Part shown: in pieces, positions 27,171 through 40,125 of the stretch | Position numbering within the stretch: the first letter of the stretch is position 1 | Layout of the letters: every line of letters begins with the position of its first letter | Source of the DNA: Coniocarpon cinnabarinum | Lineage: Eukaryota | NCBI GenBank assembly: GCA_051942205.1 | Contig: JAVECO010000035.1 | Span: 1 to 64,000 of the forward strand | Length of the DNA: 64,000 nt | Direction of reading: 5' to 3' | The notes under the pieces: model-generated | Told to the model about the DNA's origin: nothing | Database searches by the model: none | What the model saw: only the letters and a program-made list of their open reading frames with translations | Made by a program: the position numbers and the translations under genes

Positions 27171-29362
27171 TCACAACTTTGCTCTCTTCTTAAAACCCCC
27201 GCTTGAGTCCTCTTTGAACAACACCGGGCTCTCCGGATACGGATCCACGGTTACTCCATTCAAAGGATTGCGCTCGCTCGCCCGCTCGAACATATCTTCA
27301 TACACCTTACCGTCGTATCTCCCTAGACTCGAGTCGAGCTGCCAATCCGGGAAATCCCAGGAATCAACAAGTCTCAAGGCATGCGGCCGCACCTTCGCTA
27401 GCAGCTGCGGCACATGCTGCGTCCGCGCCAGCTGAATCTGGCGCACCGTCAACGCACTACTTGTAAAAAACTCAGAAGCCTCGCTTTCAAGGGTATGCAG
27501 TGCAAAGAGCCGGAAGAGATCCGTAAGGATACCGAGACCCGTTGTTCCGAGCGACTGGCGCGTCTCGTACGATGTTAAGGTTTCGTGGAAGGACTTAATG
27601 ATGAGATATTGTGAATGTGCTTTTGAAAGACGGTAGAAGTCGACGAGGAGCTCGTTCCAGGGCATTTTCTGTTCGTCGCGCCGTTTCAGTGCTTCGAATG
27701 TTAGGAATGAAGTCCGCCAGGCGAAGGCTTCGACGAGGGCGGCGCCGCCTTCGTGGAGGGATTCGTGCAGGACGTCGAAGGCGGCGCCCATGTCTTGGCG
27801 TTCTAGGAAATGGCCGAGGACGCGGGTGGTGTCGTTGTGGACGGGTTCGTGGGCGAGGACGCTGCGAGCGGATTTGAGGAGATACCGCGCAACTTGCTGC
27901 GTGAGCATGTAGTTGTCGCCTTCCCAGGTGGTGGTAGGGAGATAGTCAGCATAGTAGGGACCGATGCCCGAGAAAGAAGAGTAGCCGTGGCCACCGCAGG
28001 CGCGGCGGCAGACTTCGAGACCTTCGGCGGCAATGGAGGACGCGAGGGATTTGAGGCCGCAGGAAGTGGCATGAAGATCTGCGAGAAGATCTGATCCAGA
28101 ATGTGTTTCCTCGGGACCGGCACCCCGGCCGGCGCCCTCTTCCGGTTTGACCTTGCCGCCGGTTTGTTGCATCTTGGCTTGGTTGGCGGAGTAGAGCGCC
28201 ATCATGCCTTTGCCTGTGAAGTGGAGGGCGAATGTAGCGGCGAGCAGGGTCAAGAGACGGATCTGCACCATTTTGTAGTCGAGGACTTGGGTCTCGGTAC
28301 CTTGCGAAGCGGGTGCATCGCGGTCTTTGAACTGTCGTCGAACGGCGCAGTAGCGGACTGCGATGGTGACGCCACGAGCAAGAGTGCTACCAGCTTCGCG
28401 AACGATGTTGCTGCGAACGAAGGTGAGGGTGCCGTAAACGAGGGACGGCGATGCCGGACGAATGTACTTGGAGGATTGCGGGTCGACGGAGGAGAACTTG
28501 GCAAGCATGGCGACATGCGGTATACGGACGCGATTGAAGAGTAAATATCCATTGTCCATAGTATTGAAGCCAAATTTGGGACCAATATCGCCAATGTGAA
28601 TGTTATCGAGGGGTTGGTGCGTCTTGAGGTCGCGTATTTGAACAACGAACGGGTGCGGCCCGTACGGCTTCTTGTCGATGATGAGTTGAGCCATGACGAC
28701 GGCATAGTTGGCGAGGCGGCCGAGGGAGCCAATCCACCATTTGGCGGCGGTAATGTACGGAGAGTGGAGTGTGAATGATTTGGTGGACTGGTCCCATACA
28801 GCGACAGTCTCGAGGCCGCGCACATTGCTTCCATGGCCGAGCTCAGTTTGAGCGTAGCAGCCGATTATCTCATTTCTTTGAGCTTTGGATAGGTACAGGT
28901 CGTGCTGTTCGGGAGTGCCCTGGTCTCTCAGCGTGACCTAGGACAGGATTAGCTCCACAAAATTTGCAATCTGGAGGTGGCGCGTACAATGAACATGCTG
29001 TCGTGTAATCTGTAGGGTGTGCTCTCGCTGAGAAGATCATTGGCAATATGGAAGTCCTCCATCGTCCACTCTTTCTGCTTCGCAATCTGGTGAAGTCTCT
29101 TCCCCTTTGCTAAGCTGGCCTCGAACCGGTCTATTCTACCGGAGAAGTAGTTCTGACTCTTGTCAAACACTGCATCATTCTCGAGAACCTCGAGCATCTC
29201 ATCGCGCCTCTTGAGCTGCTCTCTGCCATGGAGGAAATGCGCGAGTCTCGTCGTGTTCAGATCCGATTTGGCTCGCTCATCTTTGAGCAGATCGGTGCCT
29301 TGAGGAGAGGAGGGTTTCAGCCTCTTGACCCAGGACGGGACAGCAGCAGGTTGAGGTGCCAT
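27171..29362 (-). CDS. Peroxisomal acyl-CoA oxidase (intron 28938-28987)
   Basis: GCYAQTELGHGSNVRGLET, KWWIGSLG, CRRACGGHGYS, TWEGDNYML, DSSLGRYDGKVYE; C-terminal PTS1 -AKL. Confidence 0.95.
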
Positions 29363-29491
29363 TGTTGCTCAAACTTCTCGAAATTGATGCCCGGCTTTGA
29401 GCAACTTCAGCAATAAACAAAGTATGCAAATGCTTGGATAGACAGCCCCAAAAGCCATTGTGAAATCTAACGCAGTTCGACTGCATACTTC

Positions 29492-29497
29492 CCTCGG
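29492..29497. promoter_or_regulatory. CCTCGG hexamer (FarA/FarB-type fatty-acid response core) ~130 bp upstream of acyl-CoA oxidase
   Basis: Single motif match in the expected kind of promoter. Confidence 0.35.
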
Positions 29498-29796
29498 CTC
29501 CCCAGATTCTGTGCCCAGAACAGTCTAGCCTAAACTATGACTTCATTGACCCCGTCTGTGCCGCACAAGCGACTGCACATTGCGCTAATATTGAGTTGAT
29601 CACCTACCTGACGTCTGGCGATGAAACTCAGGTAGAAACGCTGTCTCTACCCACGAGAAAGGCGCTTTTGCGCTTATATACTTACTTGCTTAGCATGCCT
29701 CTGCTGTTAAAAACCCTTTTCTCAGACCTGACAATGCACTGTCGCTCGCAAAGCTCTGCCATGACTTGGTCATAGGCTGATGTGGCCTTTGACTAG

Positions 29797-30029
29797 CACG
29801 CGGTGGGGAATTAAAGCGGCACACCAAATGGGTGCGGCACTCTCCTCAGGAAACGCGATTAAGAATTTTGATAGAATTTTAGTATGAGTAGAAAGCATGA
29901 AGCTAATTCTATGTAATGCTAGAATATGTATTTATTGTATCTTAGCGTCTAAGAGAATTGTGGCTGTATAGAATAGCGATTTTCGGTGAGAGTGTCTTGA
30001 AGTGTGCCGCTTTTTTTCCCCACCGCGTG
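29797..30029. mobile_element. 233-bp non-autonomous DNA transposon (MITE-like)
   Basis: 28-bp TIRs matching at 26/28 (CACGCGGTGGGGAATTAAAGCGGCACAC at 29797-29824; inverted copy at 30002-30029), flanked on both sides by ACTAG (29792-29796, 30030-30034); AT/TpA-rich interior. Confidence 0.9.
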
Positions 30030-30759
30030 ACTAGGTACCTTCGAACCGCATAACAGGACAGGCGTTCAAGTACCAAAAAGCAGCCTCGATTCATTGCTCG
30101 TCATTCGGTCTCTAACTTTCTCGGATTTGACTATACTATATCATCCTTCAGCCGTTGCACAGGTAATAGATCGGTCTATGCATACGAACTTCCACTTACT
30201 GTGCACTGACTTTAAGCTTTAAGAGTTGATATTTCGTTTGTACACTCAAGTTCATCCATGAACAGCAAGAGGCAGCAGAATAGAACAAATGGTCACAGAA
30301 CCCGGATCCTTTCTTCAGGGCCAGCAGGGGACCCATGTAGCCAGGGTTAACCCACATTTCTGAACCGTCTCTGAGCTTCACGGATCACGCTTTGTCACGC
30401 GTCGAAATGTGCTGCATAGGTTGTCACATCCATTAGGGTCACTATTTGACGTGCTGGAGTCTACCGAAGCTAGCACGGACGAAGTGCGATTCTGCCTTGC
30501 CCGTGGGTCCTCGGTCTCCAAATAGGCCTTTTCAAGGAGGCACGTGCTTGCCAACACGCTGGACGATCGGACGAATACGCACTTTCTCATTTTCATTAAG
30601 CTGTAGATTCTCTGCTACCGAGCTTTTGCGTTGCGCAGACTGATGTCAAGGCTCGATCGCTACTTGCTTACTCAAGTCCAAGCACAGTGGTAACTCTGAA
30701 GAGACACGCTAAGTAGCTGCGCCTCACAAAACCTCTCCAAGATAGAATACAGTTGATCA

Positions 30760-32828
30760 ATGAATCAAACACGCTTTGGAAGATACAGTGCTGCTCTGAG
30801 TGTCATTGTAGTCTTGCTAGCTGCTGTATATCTCGAGCATGGAAGGGCTCTGTGGCAACGCGTCTGGACATCGCTTTTTCTGCAGCAATTTCATGAAACG
30901 CCGTCTCAGGTCATACTGCATGATCCCAGAAATGATCTGACCTATGCTGGGACTGCTCGAGGCGGTGTCGAGCATTTTCAGAACATATTCTATGCTGAAG
31001 ATACTTCCGGTAAAAATCGATTTGCAGCACCCGTGCCCTACCTGCCTGGTCCTGGATCACACATTGACGCTACAGCACCAGGAGCGTGGTGCCCTCAGGC
31101 AACAGGGGATGTCCTTCCCTTCACGAGCCAGGTCTCTAATGTCAGCGAGAACTGCCTGAGTCTGCGTATAGCAAGATCCGTCGGCACGAAGCAAGACGCC
31201 AAGTTGCCCGTGATGGTTTGGCTACACAGCGGCGGGAATGTATTGGGTTCCGCCTATGAGCAGCTTTACCAGCCTGATGGACTCGTAAAGCAAGCAGTGG
31301 CAGATGAACAACCTGTTGTGTATGTTGCCATCAACTATCGATTGGGCATTTTTGGGTTCGCTATGAGCGACGCCCTCAAGAAAGCTAAGCAGACTAATCT
31401 GGGCTTTCGAGATCAGCAGCTCGCATTTGAATGTGTGTGAGCTTCGTATAGACCAGTCATGGAAGCGTTGGCTAACAATGTGCAATAAAGGGATAAGGGA
31501 CAACATTGCAAGCTTTGGCGGCGATCCCCAGAACGGTGTGTCTCATCAAGACGTTTGTTGGAGCTTCGTTGATGAGCGAGACTGAGTGATTATAACTAGT
31601 GACTGCGTTCGGCCATAGCGTTGGAGCGCTCAATGTTGGTCTGCATCTACTTGCGTATGGCGGCAAGAATCCTGCTCCGTTTCGAAACGGGATGTAAGTA
31701 TACGAATCTTAGACAATCTCCACCACGCGCACTAGATGCTAACAACTTTGCTCTGTTAGTATGATGTCAGGGTCTCCAGGTGTCATGTTCAATTTCGACT
31801 CAGATTTGTCCAAAAACAATACAGCTTCGGTGGCTGAGAAGCTAGGGTGTGTCAAGGACGGGGACAGCCAATCTCTAGCCACGTTGTCATGCATGCGTGA
31901 AACGCCATTCGAAGAACTGCGGCAGACCTCCATCCAGATGTCCCATGAAGCTCGACCGCCTTTTGGTGAGCTCTATTTTCCAACAGTCGTCGATGGTGAT
32001 CTATTCCCAGCTCGGCCATCCAAGCTCACCCGCGCTGGCAGGTTTGCCAAAGGTGTGTCGCTGATCGCCTCTTGGACGGCCAACGAAGGGGCTTGGTATG
32101 CGTCACCAACGACAACGCTCGATGAGGAGATAATGGCTGGTATCAAAGTTTGGATCCCTCGTCTATCTTCGCGTTCGATGACTAAGCTTTGGGAGCTCTA
32201 CCCGCTTGACGAGTTCCACCGAATGGTTCGTCCGCACTACGACGGATCCATCTCTCCACAGTACTATCGTGCTGCACAAATGAGCCGTGACATCTTCTTT
32301 TCGTGTCCTATTCTAGACTTTACTTGGCAGTACGCCAGACAAGAAGGCACAGGTCTGAGCAACATCCGGCTTTTTGAGCACAACGACACAAGATTTACAG
32401 CGGTCTTTGAAAAGATGGGCGTGCCCATGTGGCGCGTGTCTCATTTGAGCGACATTCCTTACGTGTTTAACGAACTTCTAGAAGGAGGGGCGGACAATTC
32501 GCCTTCACACATGGAGCTTGCCAGGCTGATGACGAGCACAATGGTGAAGTTTGCAAATTCAGATACCCCCGTTGGAAGTAGAAGCGGCGTGGAAGACTGG
32601 CCGCTTGCGTATGGGAACGCTAATAGCGGAAGCACAGGGTCATTTCCCAGCGCAATGGCGCTCAAACTCTTCGGCGGTCAGCATGGAACACACACGGTCC
32701 ATGTTCTGCGCAACCAGTCAAGTGCTACAGCAACGAGCTCTGCAGAGCAAGCTATACTGAACGAGAGACTGTTCGAGCGGTGCGAGTTTATCAATAGCGA
32801 GGCTTTCCAAGACGAAGCTGGGGTCTAG
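30760..32828 (+). CDS. Type-B carboxylesterase/lipase with N-terminal hydrophobic anchor (3 introns between ~31430 and 31760)
   Basis: SENCLSLRI, LPVMVWLHSGG, INYRLGIFGF, spliced [24 protein letters not shown] (GxSxG nucleophile), WTANEG and VSHLSDIPYVF. Confidence 0.92.
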
Positions 32829-33684
32829 CTGCTTGCTCGGCAGGGAAGGCTGAGATCAGGACTTAGACTCGAATGTCGCTACTCAGGCGTGTGGAGATGC
32901 CCGTGACAACAGGTTTGCACCTGCATTGCGGCAACGCATTCGAAAGTATTCGACTCGCGAAGTTGAAAGCAAGTAGCCTGGTTGCGTGTAGGCTGTCTGC
33001 GCTTCAAAGGTGTCAAGACCTGACGCTGCGATTTTTCCTAAGAAAAGCGCATCGCCTCGCATTCACACATCCTCCACCTACTCGCTCAAACCCTCTTATC
33101 TACATCCACGGTATTTCATTACTTGTAGGCGCCTGATATTGATATTGAGAGAACGCCTAGCTTTGGCTTTCTTCGCTTCATGAATCTTTTTGTTCACTAC
33201 CCTGAACACCTTTGATGGCGGAAACAAGGTGGTTCAGGCTATGGTTGGGTTGCGTGACCGACGGCCAGGACATCGTCAACGAAGCGAGTCGGGTGAGAGC
33301 AGGTCTGGCTTCGCAGAGTGCCTCAGCAGCAGTGCCGTGTTTTGACCTGCAATTGATGGCAGTCATTGATGCTGTCTGTAAAAGTCTTTTGCTCGAACTA
33401 CGGAGTGGCTAATGCGCCACGGCTTTTGTACATCACTGCACGTGACCTGCCGGGGCTGTGCAAGTAGATGCCTTGCTGCCTGATTCTCGATACGTTGTGG
33501 CAAACTCATCATCCTGCATTTTTCAAGCTTTTCATCAGGCTATCACACTGGGCAAAGCTGAGCCTGTCTGGATCTGATCGCAAATTATTCCCAACGCCTG
33601 TGAGATAGCATCAGACCTGAGACTGACAACTCAGCTGAACTCCCCACAAGCAGCCCGGAAGCTCACAGTGGCCTTACTTTAAAA

Positions 33685-34683
33685 ATGACGAATATGACGA
33701 ATTGCACAGCGAAACCCGCTGCCAACGTCAGCAATGAAGCTTTCAACGTAGCTATGGCCGATCCAACTCGCTTGGACGGTATCAACTCCTTCTACGGCCC
33801 CGGAACGGTCGGAGCCTGGCTCCTCACTGCAGCAGCCGTGATGACCGCCTAGACCTTAAATTTTCAAACGCGCAAGATCGATGCAGTAACGCCTGAGTTG
33901 GTTGCAACAATCACTTTTATGATGGTTTCTGCCGGTCATTTGGTCTCCTTGGTCTTATACGACCCTGCAGACGACCCGAAAAGCACGTTCAATGGGGACT
34001 GTCGATCCTTGCCTCGAGCGGCGATTCTTGAGGCAGCGCTTAATGTTTGCGAGACATCGTTGACTTTGTGGGTCGTACTATTCAGCGCGGCGGCTTTTCG
34101 CGGATTCCGGAAGCGATCGTATATCGTTTGGGTCGCCGGCATCTTGACTTTTTCAGCCGAAGCCTTCCTGTTCATCAGGACTCCGAGAACAGCCGTTCAA
34201 GCGTCCATACTCACTCGCCCGTTTCTTTTGAACTTTTCAGCTCTCTTCATAGTTATTATGACTATTCTGGGACTTCTCATTGGGCTGGTCATGGGGTCCG
34301 GGCTATACTTTTACGTTGTAGAAGCGCGCCACAGGCAAGGTGATCAGGAAGGCGTCGAGCTCTCCACAGAGTCGGAAGCGATTCGAGGTCCCGCGCAATA
34401 TGCCGCTGATCAAAAAGCCCTGATCCTTAGTTCATGGTTTACCATCGCTTGCCTGCCGGCGATCATACTGTCAACCATCGGAACGGCGAGCGGATTGTAT
34501 GGAGAGACGCCGTATAAGAGGACAACCAGCGACCGATTCGCGTTCTTCATCCCAAAAAGCAATATATCGATCCTTGATCTTGATCAGGCGGTTGCTTTTG
34601 GTATTGGGCTCTCCACGCTAGGCTTCAGCTTGTGGGACGCTTGGCGGCAATCACGTTGGGCTTGCCCTCAAGCTCGAAAATGA
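33685..34683 (+). pseudogene. Multi-pass membrane protein with in-frame TAG at 33850-33852
   Basis: ATG 33685 opens ...GINSFYGPGTVGAWLLTAAAVMTA*TLNFQTRKIDAVTPELVATITF, continuing in the same frame into the 261-aa hydrophobic ORF ending FFIPKSNISILDLDQAVA. Confidence 0.65.
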
Positions 34684-35390
34684 CATGATCCGTCGCAAGG
34701 CTGATTCCGATCTCTCAATCGCCGCGAACTGGTAGCCTAGAGACCGTTGATAATGTGGGACTAGTGAAGCTTATTTCAACAAGTTATTAGCAGCGATGCT
34801 GGCTGAGCAACTATACTCCTTCCAACACCACAGCTATTGTAGCGCCACTCGTAATTACCAGGAGTAGACCGTAATGGCGGAAAGCTGCTCGTTCTGAATT
34901 GGGACAGTCATGTTGAGCAATTGAGAAAAGAGAAGCCCTTTTCAAAGGTGCAGCGTGATGCAACGCGTCTACATGGGATAACAAAAGCGCGAGAAACGGG
35001 TTTTACCATGGTCGCATCATTATTTTGAAGAGGGAAATTAGCAAGAACTTCCGATGTATATGATGCGCATGCTGGCTTTGCTTTTCCCTAGCAGATTGAT
35101 AGCAGTCTAGCGGGCAAAGGGTCGCAAGTGCTGACCCATGAGTATACCACGTCTGGAGTCACGAGCTATATTGTTAAAACATGATGATTCCATGGATAGC
35201 TCTGAATGGACTGCATCAATCAGAAGTCTCGACTGCACACCCTCTGCCACGTGACCTAAGAATATATAGTCGAACGGCATGTTGGAGTGCGTGCCTTCGA
35301 GGTAGAAGCTGCCCGTGACTAGAATTTCTTGCAGCTGGTTTCCCAGAGACTCAAGTAGAAACGTATGCTGCATATCCAACGTAGGCGAAA

Positions 35391-38300
35391 TCACGGTGAC
35401 GGCAGCGACCCGACCTTCCAAACCGTCGGCCCTTCACGGTTCCAGAAACGAAGTGAGCCAACTTGATCATCTGGAAGTACTAGTACTCTCATCGCTTCCT
35501 GCTTCAGATCCTGAACATGAGGATGCGGTGCATCTGCTGCATTTTCCAACCCCTCTGCGAGCCTCGCGATGATAGCTTTACATTGCTCAACGGTTCGTTG
35601 CGTCTGTTCAGCCAGGGTATCGCAGAACTGTTCTCTATCGATGCTTTGGAATGCAAGGATCTTGACTGCATCTGGGGATTGCGCGGCGCTTGGCGGGAGG
35701 GTTTCTGTAGAAGCGCGGAAGGCTCTCTGTATAGCAGTGACCACGTCGTCGGCCATGGCACCAGAGTCTACAGGCGGTAGCTGCTGGTGGCAGTGCATTG
35801 CGATTCTTCGCCAAAGTACCGCGTATGCCTCCCGCATCGACCGCTTGACATCGGTGTAATCTGGCTCACGGCAGGATACGTTAGCCTTGCCACGTTCATT
35901 CCAAAGATTGTACAGGAGCGCAAGCTGTTTGTGCAAAACTGTGCCCCCTGTGTCCTGTACCCCGCTGTCGATTGACTGGACGAGGTCTATCGCCGTGGCT
36001 AAGTAGGACAGTTTCTCAGCAGGGTCTTTCGAGGGAGTCTCTTGCAACACGTCCTGACCGACAAGTTGCTTTCGCTCAATAATTTTGCCAGACGATAACC
36101 TCTGGATCTGTCCGGGCGCGATGTCTTCCGTGTGCTCGAGCTCTTCTAAAATGATTTCAAAGCGTAGCATTTGATCCACATCTCTTCGCAGGTGAGCAGC
36201 TTTCATGAGCTTGTCCAGTATGTCGTACTGCAGACTCGTGTCGTGTTGGTACAGAGACTCTTCATATTGCTCCAAGAGGTCCTCCATGTCGGTGTCCATG
36301 GCGTCGGTGGTGTGCTCGACGACCTGACTATCAAGAGTATGAGATGCCGTTAGAAGCCGGAATTGGTCCGTGGTCGCTTTATGAAATAGGTCGAATTTGC
36401 GCGTGTTCGCAATTTTGCGAATGCGTTGAAAAATTTGAAGATCACTCAAATCGTCTTTGTGAATCAGAGCCTGTATTGCAGGAACCTTACAATCAGATGC
36501 TGCTTGCCGAAACACGTAATCCCAAGTTTCAATACCAAGAGCGAATTCGTCAGTCATACCAGCAGCTTGCATGATTTCGCCCACAATATTTGTAGGATGC
36601 TTGAGGGCGCTCACGACCTGGGAGCAAATATCCTCAAAATTCACAAGGTTAGGATCTTCAAGCAGCTCAAGGACAAGCATAGCTTGTCCATGTTGTATGC
36701 GAAGGTTGTGGGCGGGAAGAGGTTCATTTGGAACGATGGAAAGCAGCTCCCCAATGCGCTGGCTTTCTTGGGAAGTTAAGCCTCTCCGGCTCACCAAACA
36801 TTTTGCACGAGCGAGCTCGAATACTTGCTTAGAGACAAAAAGCGATGCAGGTAGCTTGCACTTGCTTAAAAGGCCTTGCACGACCGCTTCAGCTTGAGGA
36901 AGACATTCATCGGCTTCATGCCCCGCATCAAGATCTAGCAAAGTCTTGACGCGGAACGTGATCATCTCGTAGAATCCATTAATGAATCCATGCTTGAAGT
37001 CTTCGTACTCTATGCCTTGATCATCGAAGAAGCTCCACTGATTCTCGTCTACGAGCTTGGCATATCGGTTCTGCAGGTCGCTTAAATATTTTCTCCAAGC
37101 CATGTTGCGCTGTCGCTGCGGAAAGGCGGAGACGAAGATCTGAATTGAGAGACGAATGATAGATAGTGCAAAGGGGAATCCGCTCCAATTTAAAGCGAAT
37201 TGTGCTGCTGCACATATGTTTTTCTCCTCACATTTTGCTGCCAGGTACGTGTCCATACTGATCGCCGCTCGCTCTCCGCTGATGTAAGTGCGGGTCAATT
37301 TGTACGTGCGCTTTTCGTAAAACCGAAATAAAGCTACGTGCTGGACTGAGTGAATTTTGAGAAAACTGTCTGCAAAATTACGTTCGATGTGGGACCGGAT
37401 CATAGAGGGCAGATGAGGATGCAGCAACAGATAAGCCGTGGTTTCAAAGTCGAGCCGAGGGTTGTGTTCGCGCATTAGGCCCAAAGTAAGAAGCACTTCT
37501 TTCGTCGCAGTCCAATGTCCAGCAAGGACGCGACATTCGTCAGTGGCGTACCAATCGTCTGCTGGAAGTAAGTGAGGCACCGTTGTCACTTCAAGCTCTT
37601 GCGGATCCGTCAGTCCACAGCACTTTAGAAGATTTGTAAACGGAAGAGCATAAAGCTGAAAAAGCCAAAGTAGCTCGTCCTGTATCGGAAACCGATCTTG
37701 AAAGTTACCAAGGCTCAAGATAAGGAAGTATACGGGGCTCTTTGCTTCTACTAGCTTCAGCATATAATTCTCAAAAATGGTGAGCCCGTTGCATTGTCCT
37801 TGCGCCATGCCAACATGCAATGACTCCGTGTTAAGTTTGCTATCTCCGGGTGTAATTGAATTGAGATGCTCAAGAACTTCTGTCCCATGTTGTTTGACGA
37901 GATCAGCTAATTGGTGCATGCTATGCCAATTTCTTTCTGCTTGTTCGATGAGATTGCCCAAGCATTCTAACCGCATGGGTTCTACGATTTCCACGTTGCG
38001 GTTACTAAGAATAGTTCTCATGGCTTGCCTAGCTTCGTCAGGAAAGAGCGATGTCTTTTCATGATATGGCACTGCCAGCTCTCGACTCAGAGTTTGCACA
38101 GGAAGCTGTGTGAGGAAGATGATTTTTACTGGAGAATCGGTTTCATCGAGTTCATCAAAAAGGTTGGCAATGATCTGGAATGCCTCGTGTCTAGTGGCTG
38201 GATTGATCGTTATAGAGTCCCACGAGTCGATGACGAAGCACGTCCGACAGTCTGGGTTATTTGCTGAACCTTGACTGGCTTTCGCGGTCATGCGGATTCG

Positions 38301-39819
38301 ATTAAGCCTCATGGCGAATTGGTCAAGATTCAAGTTGTCGCCAAGTTGAAGCATCACCGTGGCAGCAAACGTGGACTTTTGCCACCAGTCGCATGCATCT
38401 GCCATCAAATGTGTTTTCCCACTTCCAGGTCTGCCACAAAACATCACAATAGGTGACTGGCTCAGACAGGCTTCCAACGCAAGCAAATCAGCGTCGGAGC
38501 TCGCAAGTATAAAGTCCGGCTCTGGCGTGGCATAGCGTTGCTTGTTGGTGTGCTTCATATTTGGGCTTCCTGGATCAACAGCATCGGGTCCTGGAGACAC
38601 AACATCGAGCGCTGTCGAATAATGTACCACTGAGAACCAATCGTCACAGCGGACGCTCTCACCAAACCTAGCTTCACGAACAGGCTGTTCACGAAGGATT
38701 TGTCTCCCTCGCTGTACACTATCATGAATGCTCGCCCGACAGATCAGCAAGCTCTCGTAGAACGACTTGACAAAGGCAGTCGCAGTGTCAACCTTTGACC
38801 TATAGGCCATAGCGACTACGTTCTGTATGCCAGCCTGTATGAGAGAATATGCGAGATTGCCATTTTGGTTCGATGAAGCCGCCGTCCCACTAAGACAAGC
38901 ATTCAGAACCACACTTGGCACTCGATACTGAGCCAGCAAAGACGCTATGTCCGTTGCTGGCTTGGAAATCGGAGTTGTGCGCTTCAACTCCGTTGAGTTG
39001 AAGTGAAGTACAGATCTATGCCATTTGAGCTCTGATGTATCTGCGGTTCACAAGGCAGGGACGCTAGGTGTCTACTCACTGTCCAGAACTGTTGAGAATG
39101 CTTCCATGAGTATCGAAGTGCACAATATTGAAGCAACCTGGTCCATAGTGCTTTAAGGTCTTGATTAGTGCCGCCCACGTCCCTGGTCGCACGAAGACAA
39201 GATCGACTTCAGTCAACACAGCACGCTGAGATAGCTCCCAGATGTGCTTAGAGACAATCCGATAGGTAATGTCCTCGGCTTTTGCAGGTCTCGACGTTAA
39301 GACCAAGATCTTGAAACTCTTTGTCCCCGACTCTAGACATTTGGGCGGAGAAGGTGTACATCGTATGACATGTCGAACCCGTAGGCTCTTGACCCACAAG
39401 AGTGGACTCTCCAGAAGCTCCCAGGGTAACGCGTGAAGGCTTTGAATAGTCCCATCACCCTTCACACACAGTGTGACGTCAAATCCGTTAGACAGTTCTT
39501 TGTTCAATTCGGGTTTGGCTTCGATAGCTTGCCACGCAACGTGAAGGCATGTTTGGAGCTTCACGCCCAGCGTCCGAATCTCTCGCTCGGCTCTGAGTGC
39601 CCTAGCTCGGTCGAAGGACGCACCAGTCGCATACTCTTCAATATACCATGTGAGGAAGGGCCTCACTTCCGCTAGATTTATATCCGAGATGGTGTGAGTG
39701 CCAAGAGGTTCGTCGTGGTTCCTGCAGCGAAGCAGAGATCGAACTCTCCACTGTCCTAGGAAACCCTGTTCATACTGTTCTAAAATTAGAAACAGGGGCA
39801 TAACAGCCTCTTTAGGCAT
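35391..39819 (-). CDS. CHAT (caspase-like) protease + P-loop NTPase + helical-repeat NLR-like protein, ~1454 aa; predicted intron 39016-39079
   Basis: LHALPWELLE, FKILVLTSRP, FVRPGTWAAL, NIVHFDTHG (catalytic His) and, after the intron, VVLNACLSG (catalytic Cys), GIQNVVAMAY, FVKSFYESL; Walker A GRPGSGKT and Walker B-like FVIDSWD; long alpha-helical C-terminus. Confidence 0.85.
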
Positions 39820-40125
39820 GGCGTTATTTGTAAATGATGCTCATCGAAGCTGAACTTGCTAGATAAGAAGCGCAGCGCAGATGCCCTTCGCAAAGCTGCG
39901 CATTGTTTTCTGATGCTGGCGCAAGGCTGGCCGGGGTAGGACTATGGGCTGTTGCTCTGCAATGTTCATGCACGGGTGCCCCACACTTCAGAAACCGTTT
40001 GATCGTTTTTGGTCAGTCACAGCCCTTGCCATCTAGACCATTGTAAACCCTTAACAGCGAGCTGTACTTTATGCGCATCGCCGCCAAGCTCTGAGTCGCT
40101 TCCCAAGGACAGTTAGATTTGCAAG

